In this document: in pieces, positions 24,601-36,523 of the stretch
Layout of the letters: each line of letters begins with the position of its first letter
Numbering within the stretch: the first letter of the stretch is position 1
Source of the DNA: Styela clava
Lineage: Eukaryota
DNA length: 64,000 bases
Direction of reading: 5' to 3'
Assembly: GCF_964204865.1 (NCBI RefSeq)
Contig: NC_135262.1
Span: forward strand, 12,276,001-12,340,000
Translations under genes and position numbers: made by a program
Notes under the pieces: model-generated
Databases searched by the model: none
What the model was told of the DNA's origin: nothing
Seen by the model: the letters and a program-made list of their open reading frames with translations, nothing else

Positions 24601-26402
24601 GAACGGATTTATGGTTTTATACGTAATATTTGTTAGTACAGGAATTCAGTCCTAGACGGCATAAGATGTAAATGAAGGTTTACTAGGAATTTCTGAGCTT
24701 ACTTTTACGCATGTCAATATACCTTTACACTTTCCCCTTCTGCGTAACATACGAGCATACCTACATAGGGTCCTTTTCTCCAGTTTGGCCACTTCACTGC
24801 TTGAATAAACAACGTGCCTAGTTGATAATATGCAACAATTAACTACAATTTTATCTCGGCTTATCAAGTCGTGTAATTCAACACCTCTTCCGCGCGCCAC
24901 AGCACACTAACAGACAGATAGCATTAGCACGACACTCTGTAAGCGCAACAAAGGGTACACACCGTAACATAGTTTGAACTAGCTGTGTATGTATATGATA
25001 ATATTTTCATTGCATATATCATAAATGTATATCACATATAGCATATATCCATAGCATACATGACTAATCACGTAACGGGTGATTTATTTACTGTAACCTG
25101 GCCAGTTAATCGAGTCTGCTCTCCATGCGCAGCCTAGCTCTTTGCTAAATACTTTGGCCCATACAAAATGCCCAAACAATACCCTAAAATTTATATTATA
25201 CCGCTCAAGCGCTCAGTCTTTTGAAACGGATATTATCAACCACAATACAGCAGAAGGTATACTGTGTCATCTTTTCCGATATGCACCATAAATAGCTAAC
25301 AAACTATCGACTGAAGAAGCATATTACAACACTGAATATATCAATTTTATTTGAGTATTTCAACCAAACAATAAATACATAGAAGTAAATATATCATTCA
25401 CACTAATAACCAAATTGCGTAAGTATTTTTTGGCAGTTTTAAGTTTTTGTAATAGCGTATGTATTTATTTTCTGTTGACTCAGATTTTATTCGAAGGATC
25501 CCGAAACGTACAAAAATAGAGATTTATGTGACATGAACATTGTTAAAATTGTTTCGTCACAAGGATTATTATTGTTCCCCCACAAGACTATTGTGACCCA
25601 CTCAGCAAATGATTTTTTGAGTAGTTGCATCATAATTAATGTTATAAAAACAGATAATCTGTTTTGGGGTTAGCCATCGTAAGTACTGTGAATGACATAC
25701 GTTTTTCGAATGTTGAGTTTTCAGAACCGATGGATATAATCAAGTTACAAAATTGCGCTTGTCCTCAAATTATAGCCACCAATCTGCGTAAGTCACAGTG
25801 CGCCAATGTGACGTCACATGTCGGCGTCACACAAATAAATTTAAATCCGACTATACAACTCAAAATTGAACCATGTGAAATTATTTACTCTAAAATGTCT
25901 AAGTCTAGATAGCAACACAATATTATCAGCAAGGTTTTTAAGTTATTTCTCAAAACCCATAAAAAATGACTTACGCACTTTTGTTATTAGCGTGACAACG
26001 ACAACGATGGTTGTGGAGAATAACAAAGTTAAAAAGAAAATGCGTTTCAATTCACAAAGTAGAACAACTTGCCATTGTATCACTAACTATCGAAGAAACA
26101 ACAAAACATGAAATTCTTTTTCGATTGGATTCGTTTTAAAAATGGAATGGCTGATGCACCAACTTGCCGACTAACTCGCGAGCGCGAGTACCATCGCGAG
26201 AAGACGCTGAGAATATCACTGCTGTCGCGATGATAAGAAAGTGCGGTATGTGAGAAGAGGTTTATCAGCGTATAAGGTGAAAAATTACAACTACAAGTCA
26301 TCCACTATCTGATCAAGAAAGTAAAATAAAAATAACACAATTTTTCTCGCAGATGTACGAAAAGTACAAAACAAACGAAATAGCTAATAAACTGCGTTAT
26401 AA

Positions 26403-29400
26403 CTACCAACCACAAGTAACCCCAACATCTTCATGATGATAACAATTATGTTTCTCCCAATCAGTTGTTTCGCAGCTTACAATGCTCAACTCGTTTCCCT
26501 TACACTTCGTGTCATCGAGCCATATTTTGCCCTTTCCCTGGCCATATACAAGTGGGTATGTTACATTGTTTTGCACGGGGCTCCAAAAAGTTGGAGGACC
26601 AAACCCAAGCATTCGACAAATAACCCGTGCGTCTTCCTCGTCCCAGGAATCGTTACAAATAGTTCCCCATTCTCCATTGTGAAAAATTTCAACTCGTCCT
26701 CCTCTACTCGTTCCGTTCACCAACTTAACTTTTCCTTCGTATTTAGAAACTGTCGAAATAAAAGTAGCTTGCTTGAATATAGATGTAATTAAACGACACG
26801 GATTTGACTTCATTTCATCCCTCTAAAAATAATAGAAAATAAAATGAGAGTTCAAAACTTATTATTTTTATCATGCAGCAGTGGGCATCCACCGTCTTTT
26901 TGTGATTCACATCTTTAGTAAAATTGACAAATACTTAATGTACAATTGTCTCGTAACGGATTTCACCATATTCGATTAAGAATGCAGTTGCATATTACTA
27001 TGTATGACAAAATTGGGTAAAATGAACTCCGAATTATGAAAAGACTGGATTCTAATATCATTGATATATTTAGCATTCTCTTAAACTGAGTTGGTCCGCA
27101 GAATAAAAATTTCACAACGTTTTATCTTACCTAAAGTATTCATTCTGGAGTCATGATTCAAAGTTGTAGATTTTAGAATTTGAATTTCATTGTTGTATTT
27201 TATCTGCAATTCTGAGATTCAGAAAATAGAGTGAATAACTTTATTTGATTGAAATAAAAGCAATTTAAACTAATATGGCTGTAATTACACTCCAACTAAT
27301 ATTTTCTTACAAAAAATAATAACCTGAAAATTAGCGCATTCATGTGTGAATAAACGATCTGACTGAAGACCGAATAATTCGATTTACGAATATGGAACCA
27401 TGTGGAAAATTACTTAATTTTTATATGATTCGATGTAGTATTCTAAAACAGTATTTTCATCTCCTTATTTTGAGTAAAACTTTTGATATAATATGACACT
27501 TTATTTAGCGAGGAATTATTGGACAAAATATGCATGATTCGAAATTTACACATCCGTTCCCAGCGTTTAAATTATAAATAACTATTCAACTAACCAGTAA
27601 ATTCGTTTCTAAAATTACGAAGCTTTTCTTCGAATTTGCTTTCTTGCTGTTGAAGTTTATTTTCCAAGGCCTTTATTTCTTGCAACAGAAGTAAGAGATT
27701 TAGTATTTTAAAAGATAGAAAATTTGAAAGAAGACTATAATAAGACAACAAGGAGATGAGCCGACGTAATAATCAAAATAAGAACAGTCATTTAAAGAGG
27801 AGATTTAATATTGCAAAGGAATAAAAACTGAAGAAAAATCAAAAAAATAAAATATAGAAAGCCAGAAATAGAGAAACAGAACAACTTAATTAAAAAAGGA
27901 GAAAAGAAGTACTTAAAATTACAAACCATTTTCTCTAGCTATGATGGTCGTATCCTGGATAGATATCGTTTTATTCATGCCTACAATTTCTGTAAAATGA
28001 GGTAATGTTATAAACCATATGAGAAAATGCATCGTCAAAATGGGCCATTACAAAACTCTGAAGGAAAATTCAACAATCGTCAAATTTCTGTACTTGATAA
28101 AATATCTTAACCACAACGAAGTGATCTACCAGAAGTTTCATTTTGAGTTCGATTTTCACATATATTTGTGACCTAAAAATACTTTCGAGCGCAAAATGTC
28201 CTTATTATTCATTGGTGAAGGGCTAACTCAAGTGACACTTTTCAAGAAAGGTGAAAGCTATTTTATGATAGCACATCAGTATTGAGAACTTGTTACATCT
28301 ATGTTTTATCGAATGTCCAATTTCATTGTTTCAGTTTTCAGTCATTAGTTATATTTCAATAGTGATTTATAAAATTTCATACGATAGCCTTTTGCAAACA
28401 ACTCTTCATACGAAAAAGAATTTATGATAGTGTGATATATATAAATACTAATTAAAAAATGCCTTCATAGTTCGATTCATGCTTTTCAAATCATTTATAT
28501 ATATTGAATTTATGCTTGTTCACACCTATTTTCAAATCTTCAATTGTTGCATTTTGTTGAATGTTTGTTTCATTCATTCCATCAATGAGAACTTGTTGCC
28601 AGAACATAGTGCTGTTTAAAAGAAGAACTTCGCCGCTCAGTCGAAAACTTTCTAAAAATATAAAATATTTTAATAGAAATAAAATTTTCTTAAGAAAATC
28701 TTATATGCAGTAATATTATATATTAATACTTCCGTGATTTATATATATATAAAAAAAGATATTTTACACCGTCCCTATAGTTGATTAATTTTTGTAAAAT
28801 GGGGTAATGTGATAAAACTATTTTAAAAAATGCATCGTTAAAATAGGCCATTGCAAAACTAGTAAAGAAAGATTCAACATTCGTTAAACAAGCGATCCAT
28901 CAGAAGTTTAATTTTGAGTTTGATTTTTACATATATTTGTGACCTAAAAAAATGCTTTTGAGCACAACATGTTCTCGTCAGTCATTGGTGAAGGGCTGAC
29001 CTAAAGCACACCAGTTGGGACTAAACACGAGAGGTTGAGGAAAGTTTCCCCAATATGATAGCATATCAGTTTTAAAAACCTAACACGTCTATGATTTATC
29101 AAATGTCATATTTTATTGTTTCAGTTTTCGGTCATTATTCATATTGCAATAGTATTTTATATAAACGTTTATAATCGATAGTTTAGGGCCTCGGCTATTA
29201 CCCTATTTCAAACAACTCAGCATAAGAAACAAAATTTCTAGCAGTCAAATATCTATAAATGATGGGCGGCGGATGGCTTTATAACCCGATATTGATGCTA
29301 TTCAAATCCTTTATATACATTTAATTTATGCCTGTTCTTACCTAATTTTAAATCTTCAATTGTTACATTATGTTGAATGAGTGTTTCATTCATTTCATCA

Positions 29401-31320
29401 ATGAGAACTTGTTGCCAGATTATAGTGTTGTTTAAAATAAGAACTTCGCCGCTCAGTCGAAAAGTTTCTAAAAATCAATAATCATAAAATATTTTAACAG
29501 AGATAAAAAAAATTTGAGCAAATCCTAAAGTAAATTATATATTAATACTTCCGTGATTTATATATATATAGAAATGATATCTTACACCGTCCCTTTGTTT
29601 ATTGCACATGACGGTGCATGGAGTCGTATTTTTGTATGTAACGTTTTTTTATGTAATATTATTTTAATGATACAATGTTCGACTTTTTTCTCCTCTGTAT
29701 TAATTAACTGTTAGGGTGTCGCTGCTCGTTAACCGGCGCTCGTTTTTAGCGCTTCCCTTCATCCTTAAATGCCATTTTTACGCTTTTCTTTATATTTCTT
29801 GTACAAAGTGTATTTTAGTATGGTGAAAAATGAATTAATGATTACTGAATTTACCATTTTGAAGATTGTCAGTAATAGTTGTATTAGCAATTCCTTGCAA
29901 GCCTCTTTCTCCCTGGATTCCCTTTATTCCACGAGGTCCACGGTATCCTCGTGGTCCGTATTCGTAAATTTTAGTGGAACCATTTTTCTAAAAGTGAAAT
30001 AAAACTTAGTTCATTGTCGAGTACCAAAAATAAAATTAGTCCCAAAGTCGAATAGTAACCATATCGAATATAGTTTCCTACTCCAGATTTTTTTTACATC
30101 AGATTGCAACCGAGTAGAGTAGTTAAGTATTGAAAAAGTGCACTTACTGAAACATGCAATTTACACTTTGGACGAGGGAAAATCTGTTGCCATTGTGGTG
30201 TTGCTACTTCGTTATCAGCACAGTAGACAGGTGCAAAGCATTTCTTACCTAAATCAGAACATTTTGCCGGTTTGATTCAATATTTAATTTAATGGAATAT
30301 TCACGGCGCTATATAAATTTAAAAAACGATGTTGGTCACGAAATTCTGACATCAATGTCATTGAAATTTCAGGCAAACGTTGAAAGAATCGTACACATGT
30401 AATGTAAAGGTACAACCGGATGTCATATAAAAGTGTGCCCGTGGAATAAATAACACAAATTTTTAAATGAAATATCCGGTTCCATAGGTTTTGAAAAAAA
30501 TCACTATCGCTGAAACAAGAGAGCGATGATCAAATATTTGGACTCGAAGGCCAACCAGTACGGTTACCGCAATGTTCACGACTTCGCCTGATCACCAGAT
30601 CGCGAACGCACATCCGACACACAGTGCGCAATTCATTAAGTTTGATGACGTCATCGCACACAAAATTAAATGCCTACAGAAATTTTTGAATAAATAAAAG
30701 TAATAGCACTCTAGTGAAAAACACAATCTTTAACCACTAGAAATTGATTAAATCAAAGCAATTGGTCCAGTAGTTAAATGAGAAAACCGATTTTTTTGCA
30801 ACAACAACAATAAAAGGAATTCTAGCAACAGCAACATAATAGCAAAACGATCCATTTGTACATTTCGTGTACAATGAGCACAAGTTAAAAAGAAAAGATG
30901 GCTGATTAAAACACAATGATGTTGACCATTAAATACATAGCAATCGAACTAATAAATACAATTGCTTTATTTGATTCCTGAACTTTCAGCGTTTTCCATA
31001 CCCCCAACAACAAGAACAACAACAATTTAGCGAAGCCTTCCATAGGTCCAGTTCAAATATCATTGAAAGTTTAGCAATTGAATCAAAATACTCGTAAAGG
31101 CGTAATAAAATAATTATAGTCAAATAACTATTCAAGAAATCTAACAATTTGAAATCGAGTAAATTACCGAAATACTGAGTCATGCATTCGAGATTTCAAA
31201 TGTGACATGAAATATAGTGTAGATTTAGCACATATATAGTTATTAATAATATCTCTCACCTTGGGATTCGGTAGAAACTCTAATTGCGAGAACCAAACAT
31301 ATCAACAACTTCACATACAT
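26403..31320 (-). CDS. Secreted collagen/coiled-coil/SRCR protein, copy 1, ~373 aa; exons 31260-31320, 30148-30248, 29855-29987, 29342-29467, 28526-28651, 27927-27989, 27595-27678, 27131-27211, 26403-26749
   Basis: Signal-peptide-like MYVKLLICLVLAIRVSTES; a Cys exon (KKCFAPVYC...PKC); 8 Gly-X-Y triplets GPRGYRGPRGIKGIQGERGLQGIA; heptad-like phase 1-1 exons rich in N-x-T sites; a 6-Cys group A SRCR (GRVEIFHNGEWGTICNDSW...IWLDD...NCYHHEDVGVTC). Exon total is 1122 nt, in frame. Confidence 0.85.
27990..29592. repeat. Internal ~800 bp tandem duplication within SRCR copy 1, duplicating a 126-nt coiled-coil exon
   Basis: ~27990-28775 is homologous to ~28795-29592. The exons read ETFRLSGEVLILNNTIIWQQVLID and ESFRLSGEVLLLNSTMFWQQVLID. 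Confidence 0.85.
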
Positions 31321-33654
31321 AGTAAACGCTTTGAAAAACTTGAAGTCGCAGAAGAAAATTTTATTAGAACCTTTATTATCGACCATTCTATATCAAGTGA
31401 ACTTACGATGTCAGTTTGTGAGTAGTTATAGTATAACGAGATCTGACTCATGATCCGTGTGCCGTCGATGTTCCGTTTTCACTTTATCTAATTTTCAATT
31501 TCTCCTATATAATATATAATGATTGCGTTATTTCATGATCTTGTTATTTCCTGGTAGATACATACAACAACGAAATACCAAAAATTGAAGTCTCGAAAAT
31601 TCAGGATTTTGAGTTGCAAATTTTTCATAGCATCGGGGCAATCAATATTGGGTAAAAATTTTTAAAGTCAATTGTCAGCAGTTTGGGACAATATGAATTT
31701 CATTTCCTTATCGGCAGTTTACATTGGGAGCCATGTAATATCTTCAATCGTATCGCCGGTATTCAAATGCATGTGAAAATAGAAATTTGGCATAGAGAGA
31801 AATATTTCCTGATGTGGTTGACACTCCGAGCGCCAGCTCATTCACCTGATTAGTTTAAATTGGATAGAAATATTTTTGAACTATGTGTAATAGTAGAGAA
31901 AAAATCTAAAAAATATTTATTCATCAACCCAAATTTCATTATATAAAAAAGTAGTTCTTTATTTATACGTGTGAAACTTCTATTCTTATATTTGGGAGTA
32001 AATTTATTATATGAAATAGTTGTAATGTAGAATTTTTTTCATATACATCTGTTTCATATGCAAAAAAATATTTTACCAAAACGCGATGAGGCTATAGCAT
32101 GTATATTTTGAACGATATTGTTGACTGCGCCGAACATTATCGGATAATTGAACAGGGTTTTGTGACTTTAGTCATTCTTGTCACGCGTTCAGGAAAATTT
32201 TATCGACTACTTCCTGCTACCAAATTGCGACTACGTGACGAAAATTGAAAACCCTAATTAACTTAGACATGGATCTCTAGAACAATGAACTAGACATGAA
32301 AACGATGAGTTTCGAAAGGTCTAATCATCATTAGTGATGCATGGTAGCATCAGCTTCCCGTTAGACTTTTTTTTGTGAATACTGACGCTCCAGAATGAGT
32401 CTTCAAAATTCCGATTTCTTTTATCCGCTGACTTAAGATTTTATATGACGTTCCCTACTGTCAAATTCAAAACTGTGCGCTATTGTCAAAGTAAAATGTT
32501 ATCAAACAAGCGTTACCATAACCACACAAAACAAGATAACATAGGAACCCCCAAAAATCTAATTGGGGTCGCCATAATCATAGCAGCGGCATTTTACGTG
32601 TTTATGTCGACGTGTAATATAAGTTGAAATTACTAATTCCTGAAAAACTGAATATATCCCTCGTGTCTTTTGCATTGCAAAATAAATCTTAGTCGAATTC
32701 TACATATGACTATCCATGTTGCATATTTGAAAAAGTAATAAAATTTTGAAAGTTACGTTCCACCAGTGGTGTAGCTGTGCAAAATGGTGCTTACGCCAAG
32801 GTCCAAATTGCGCTGTAAATACCTACTTTTTCAATAAATTCATAAAATGAAGGTTAAGTGGGTAATGGAAACAACTGTGGTCTTTTGGTTGCACAGCCAA
32901 GAAATTTTTCGAATTCAGTTTTGGCTTCACGCGTCGTCCTATACTCAAAAACGCTGATTTACAAAAAAAACTGTTCCAATTCATTGAAACTAAGAAGTAT
33001 GAAGAAATTGGTTTCAGGTGTTGATCTATAATAACTGCTGGTATGTGGGATAAGATGGCTCTACCTGCGTGTCCGTACACCCGTGTTATTCAACACACGT
33101 TGACAGAGTGAAACCCCGATCTGCACTTTTTCAGAGGTCAATAAGCACGCAATGTATTGTAATGTTAAATGGTCGTATATTGTAAAGTTGCACAATCGAA
33201 TTGAATCCAAATACAGATATATTAAAATATACACTTGAACCTTTTAATACAGTTATATGGTCGAATCCAAGCAGTATGTCTGTAACATGGAAAATCCTAT
33301 TTCAACTCTCGGAAATAAAACAGTCGATACAAAGAAAACTAAGGCCTATTTCATTAAATGTACATACTATTAACACAACGGGGTTAAATGACATTAAAGT
33401 CCATAGTTACATTCTACATTCCTCACACTGGCATCATCATTAGTAACGCAGTTGAATAAAAATATACGGGTTTTGCCAGTAGCTTGGGTCATTCATCCCA
33501 TGACACTGGTACGCCACCAATTTTTCGACAACTCGTTTTTTGGTTTGGTTTTCACATTTCAATTCAATTCTGTAATTTAGTTAAATAAAGCTTTTTATAG
33601 TTTTATGACATCACAATGAAACTAAAAATAAGCAAAATTTATATAAATAAAATT

Positions 33655-34305
33655 CATAGGCTGCGTTGCCTGGAAAATCAAATGTAGGCTAACGAACCAT
33701 GTAATTAGGCATTCATACTTTATACCAGACATAGTTTTTTATGGATTAGAAGGAGGTACGTAGCAGACATACTGAAGTTGAACAAGTTAAATTGATGTCA
33801 ATTTATATATCTTGGCATCTAAACTTTAGTCCGGTTACTTCAATTCAACTTTTTACATATCAATAGTTCGTCATGAATTATTTGGTTTTGACAAAAGGCA
33901 TACTATTCAGCCCAATTGCACCAGTCCTCCTGAGACTGATGTGCCATACATGGGCAAAATAACTGTAACAAAATTAGAGTTTTTATACAGCAGTGATTAT
34001 GTCAGTAAAGCAACGAAATGTCAAAAAGTGATGGGGTTTGAAAGTTAGAGAATTACTCATCCAATGTGTGCTTTACAAAAAATGATCAAAACGACTTCAC
34101 CAAGACTATGAATATTGATAATTATATCGTTCGATTGTTTGCTTGAAATGTGAAGGAGCCTCCGGCATCAAACATTCATAACTTCCCCTATCTGTTCTCA
34201 GAAGCCACAAGTGACAGAGTCGCATTATCGGCAGCAACAAGACGGAGACCAAATGTCGCAAATGAGAAGAACCGAATTGTAATAAAAATCAGACTTTTTG
34301 CGTAA
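33655..34305 (+). pseudogene. Relic of speriolin-like gene exons 1-2 in duplication unit 1
   Basis: Relative to unit 2, most of exon 1 including the ATG is deleted between ataaataaaatt and gctgcgttgcc. An exon-2 homolog at 34202-34301 (aagccacaagtgacagagtcgc) has a 1-nt deletion. Confidence 0.75.
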
Positions 34306-34577
34306 AGTTTCGTCAATTATAAAATCATGATATACTTTTAGTGATTTTTCAAATATGCAAGATTTTTAGAACGACCTATACAAGAATTCAATAACAAGTT
34401 GACCAATGATTAAAAACAGAGACTTCATTTAAAAAAAAGATACAATGACAAAACCGTTTTAATGCGCGTTATCAAAAGTCATTGTTTTGAGTTTGTCTGA
34501 TATTAAAGTCGGGTATAGAGCCAAATTTTAGTCGAACCAAAGCAAGAGTCTGATAAAACTTTTCTCAGACTCTAGAT

Positions 34578-34826
34578 CTGACATAAGCAAACTACGGCCC
34601 GCGGGACAAATCCGACGCGTTGGGTAATTCAATCTGGCCCGCCTGATGCTGCCGTAACCAAACTAAAACTAAATTTCGATGTTTTAGCTAACAAAAAGAG
34701 CTCGCTAAATTGTAACACTGTAAATAATGTTTATAAAATGTAACATTATACGTTACACTTACATGGCCCGCCAGTGTAGATGAACAAATTTTTTGACTCC
34801 TGGTCCAAAAACCTTGCCTACCACTG
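34578..34826. mobile_element. hAT MITE with perfect 8-bp TSD CTCTAGAT
   Basis: CTCTAGAT at 34570-34577 and 34827-34834; ggcccgc subterminal motifs. The empty paralogous site is at ~45161. Confidence 0.88.
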
Positions 34827-35643
34827 CTCTAGATCCCGTCCATACATCACTTTATTCGGAAGTGAAAAATATTCGACAATTCCGCATTATTGAAATATTA
34901 TGTATAAGTGTTATAGCATTAATGTTTAAAAATATTTTTCTGCAATATTTTTCGTTTCATTTAAAATCTCTCATCAAATTCTTAATTGTGTGACTTGTTT
35001 TTATTTTAAACTTACAACTATCCAGTATTCTTGAGTAGGTCATGGATATAGCAGGGACGCTATACATCACAAAACTAAGCAAATTACTGTACGGGCAGAA
35101 AGAGCTCAATAATGACATCGTGCGACATGAATATATCATTTATATTGGTGTTAAAATATCATATTACCCTATGGAACCCGAAAATTTAATGCACGTTCCA
35201 TTGCATCCAACGTTTCCAAACAATGGCATATGCAGTTACGTTATATGCATACCTTGTTATATATTTATTTCCGATAGATACTCAATTCCTGTTTCCTGCT
35301 AATCAATCAATACAAGTGTCGCAACCAGTGTTGGTTTATCGCACCTTTTTCATCCTGAAATGCTATATTTACGATTCATAAGTCTGACGTTAAACCAACG
35401 TTCCATTTAATACCAAACTTGGGCATAAGATGTAACTAGAGGTTTACTAGTAATTGCTGAGCTTATCTTTACGTATGTACGCAATATACCCTACTCTATT
35501 CCCTTCTGCGTAACATACAAGCATACCTAAATAAGTTCCTTTCCGCGAGTTGGACACTCAACTGCTTGAATCAACAATGTTCCCGGTTGATAACATGTAA
35601 CAATCAACTTCAGTTTTGTCTCGGCTTACCACGTCGTGCAATA

Positions 35644-36523
35644 TAGGGGTGTCAAACTTGCGGCCCCGGGCAGCATGCAGCCTCAGAGAACGTCCAATGA
35701 GGTCCTCGAACGATTAATAATAATTATAACATTTTGTGAGTTTTTTATTTATCTAAATATAATACATTTTTCAAATCTTTCAAAATGAAATTGATTATTC
35801 ACGACAATTTACAGAAAGTAGTTTTGTGAAATTACAATTTTTTGTTCACATTTTGACCCAATTATTAATACATCTCGCGCTAGCAACGAAATACTTGAAG
35901 AAAATAAATGCAACGCAAAGTACATGAAGAAGGTGGTGAAAAATGGGTTTTGCAATATTTCTGCATTTTCAAATGATGCAAATTAATCGATTATCATGTG
36001 ACCTCATTAATTAATCATTTCAGCCTGATATTGGTAAGCTGGTGGCCCAAAAGAGATGCCAAACGCCAGAAAAAATGTAGTAAAAAAACATTGAGTTTAC
36101 TTTGTATTTTTGTGAATTTTAGGCCTCTCTATTTAGATTAAGCTATTTTAGAGTATATATGTATTATTTTCTTCCTGTCAAAAGTTTGTTCAAAATATTT
36201 TGGACAGTTGTACATAAAATTTTATGATCTTTTGTAATAAATACAGTAAATTGCAAATATAGTGGAATGCAAGAAATTAATATGTAAATGTCATTTAAAA
36301 TTTAAAAAAATAACAAAATTTTCTTCAGCTGTGATTGCATCACAATATATGTCACAAACTACACCTTTCTAAAATATGCGCTAGGTATACCAAGTGGTGG
36401 GGTTCAGCCGGTTCGCACCACTGGGTATACCTCATCAAAATGTATTAAAAACTGTTTGCGGCTTTTGGCACTATTCCCAAAATGCAATGCCGCTCCCGAA
36501 AACCCACGAGTTTGACACCCTTA
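35644..36523. mobile_element. Non-autonomous hAT element
   Basis: TIR taggggtgtcaaact / agtttgacaccctta. It is absent from the paralogous site at ~24875. Confidence 0.8.

Noticed and set aside
26750-26822. N-terminal extension MKSNPCRL of the SRCR ORF and acceptor at 26823
   Set aside because: The phase is wrong for the upstream exon and the paralog has an in-frame TAG here. The real acceptor is tttcgacag at 26750.
32280-33300. Similar short ORFs in both duplication units (also 42600-43770)
   Set aside because: The similarity is explained by the duplication. Indels and stops differ between the copies and no domain is recognisable.
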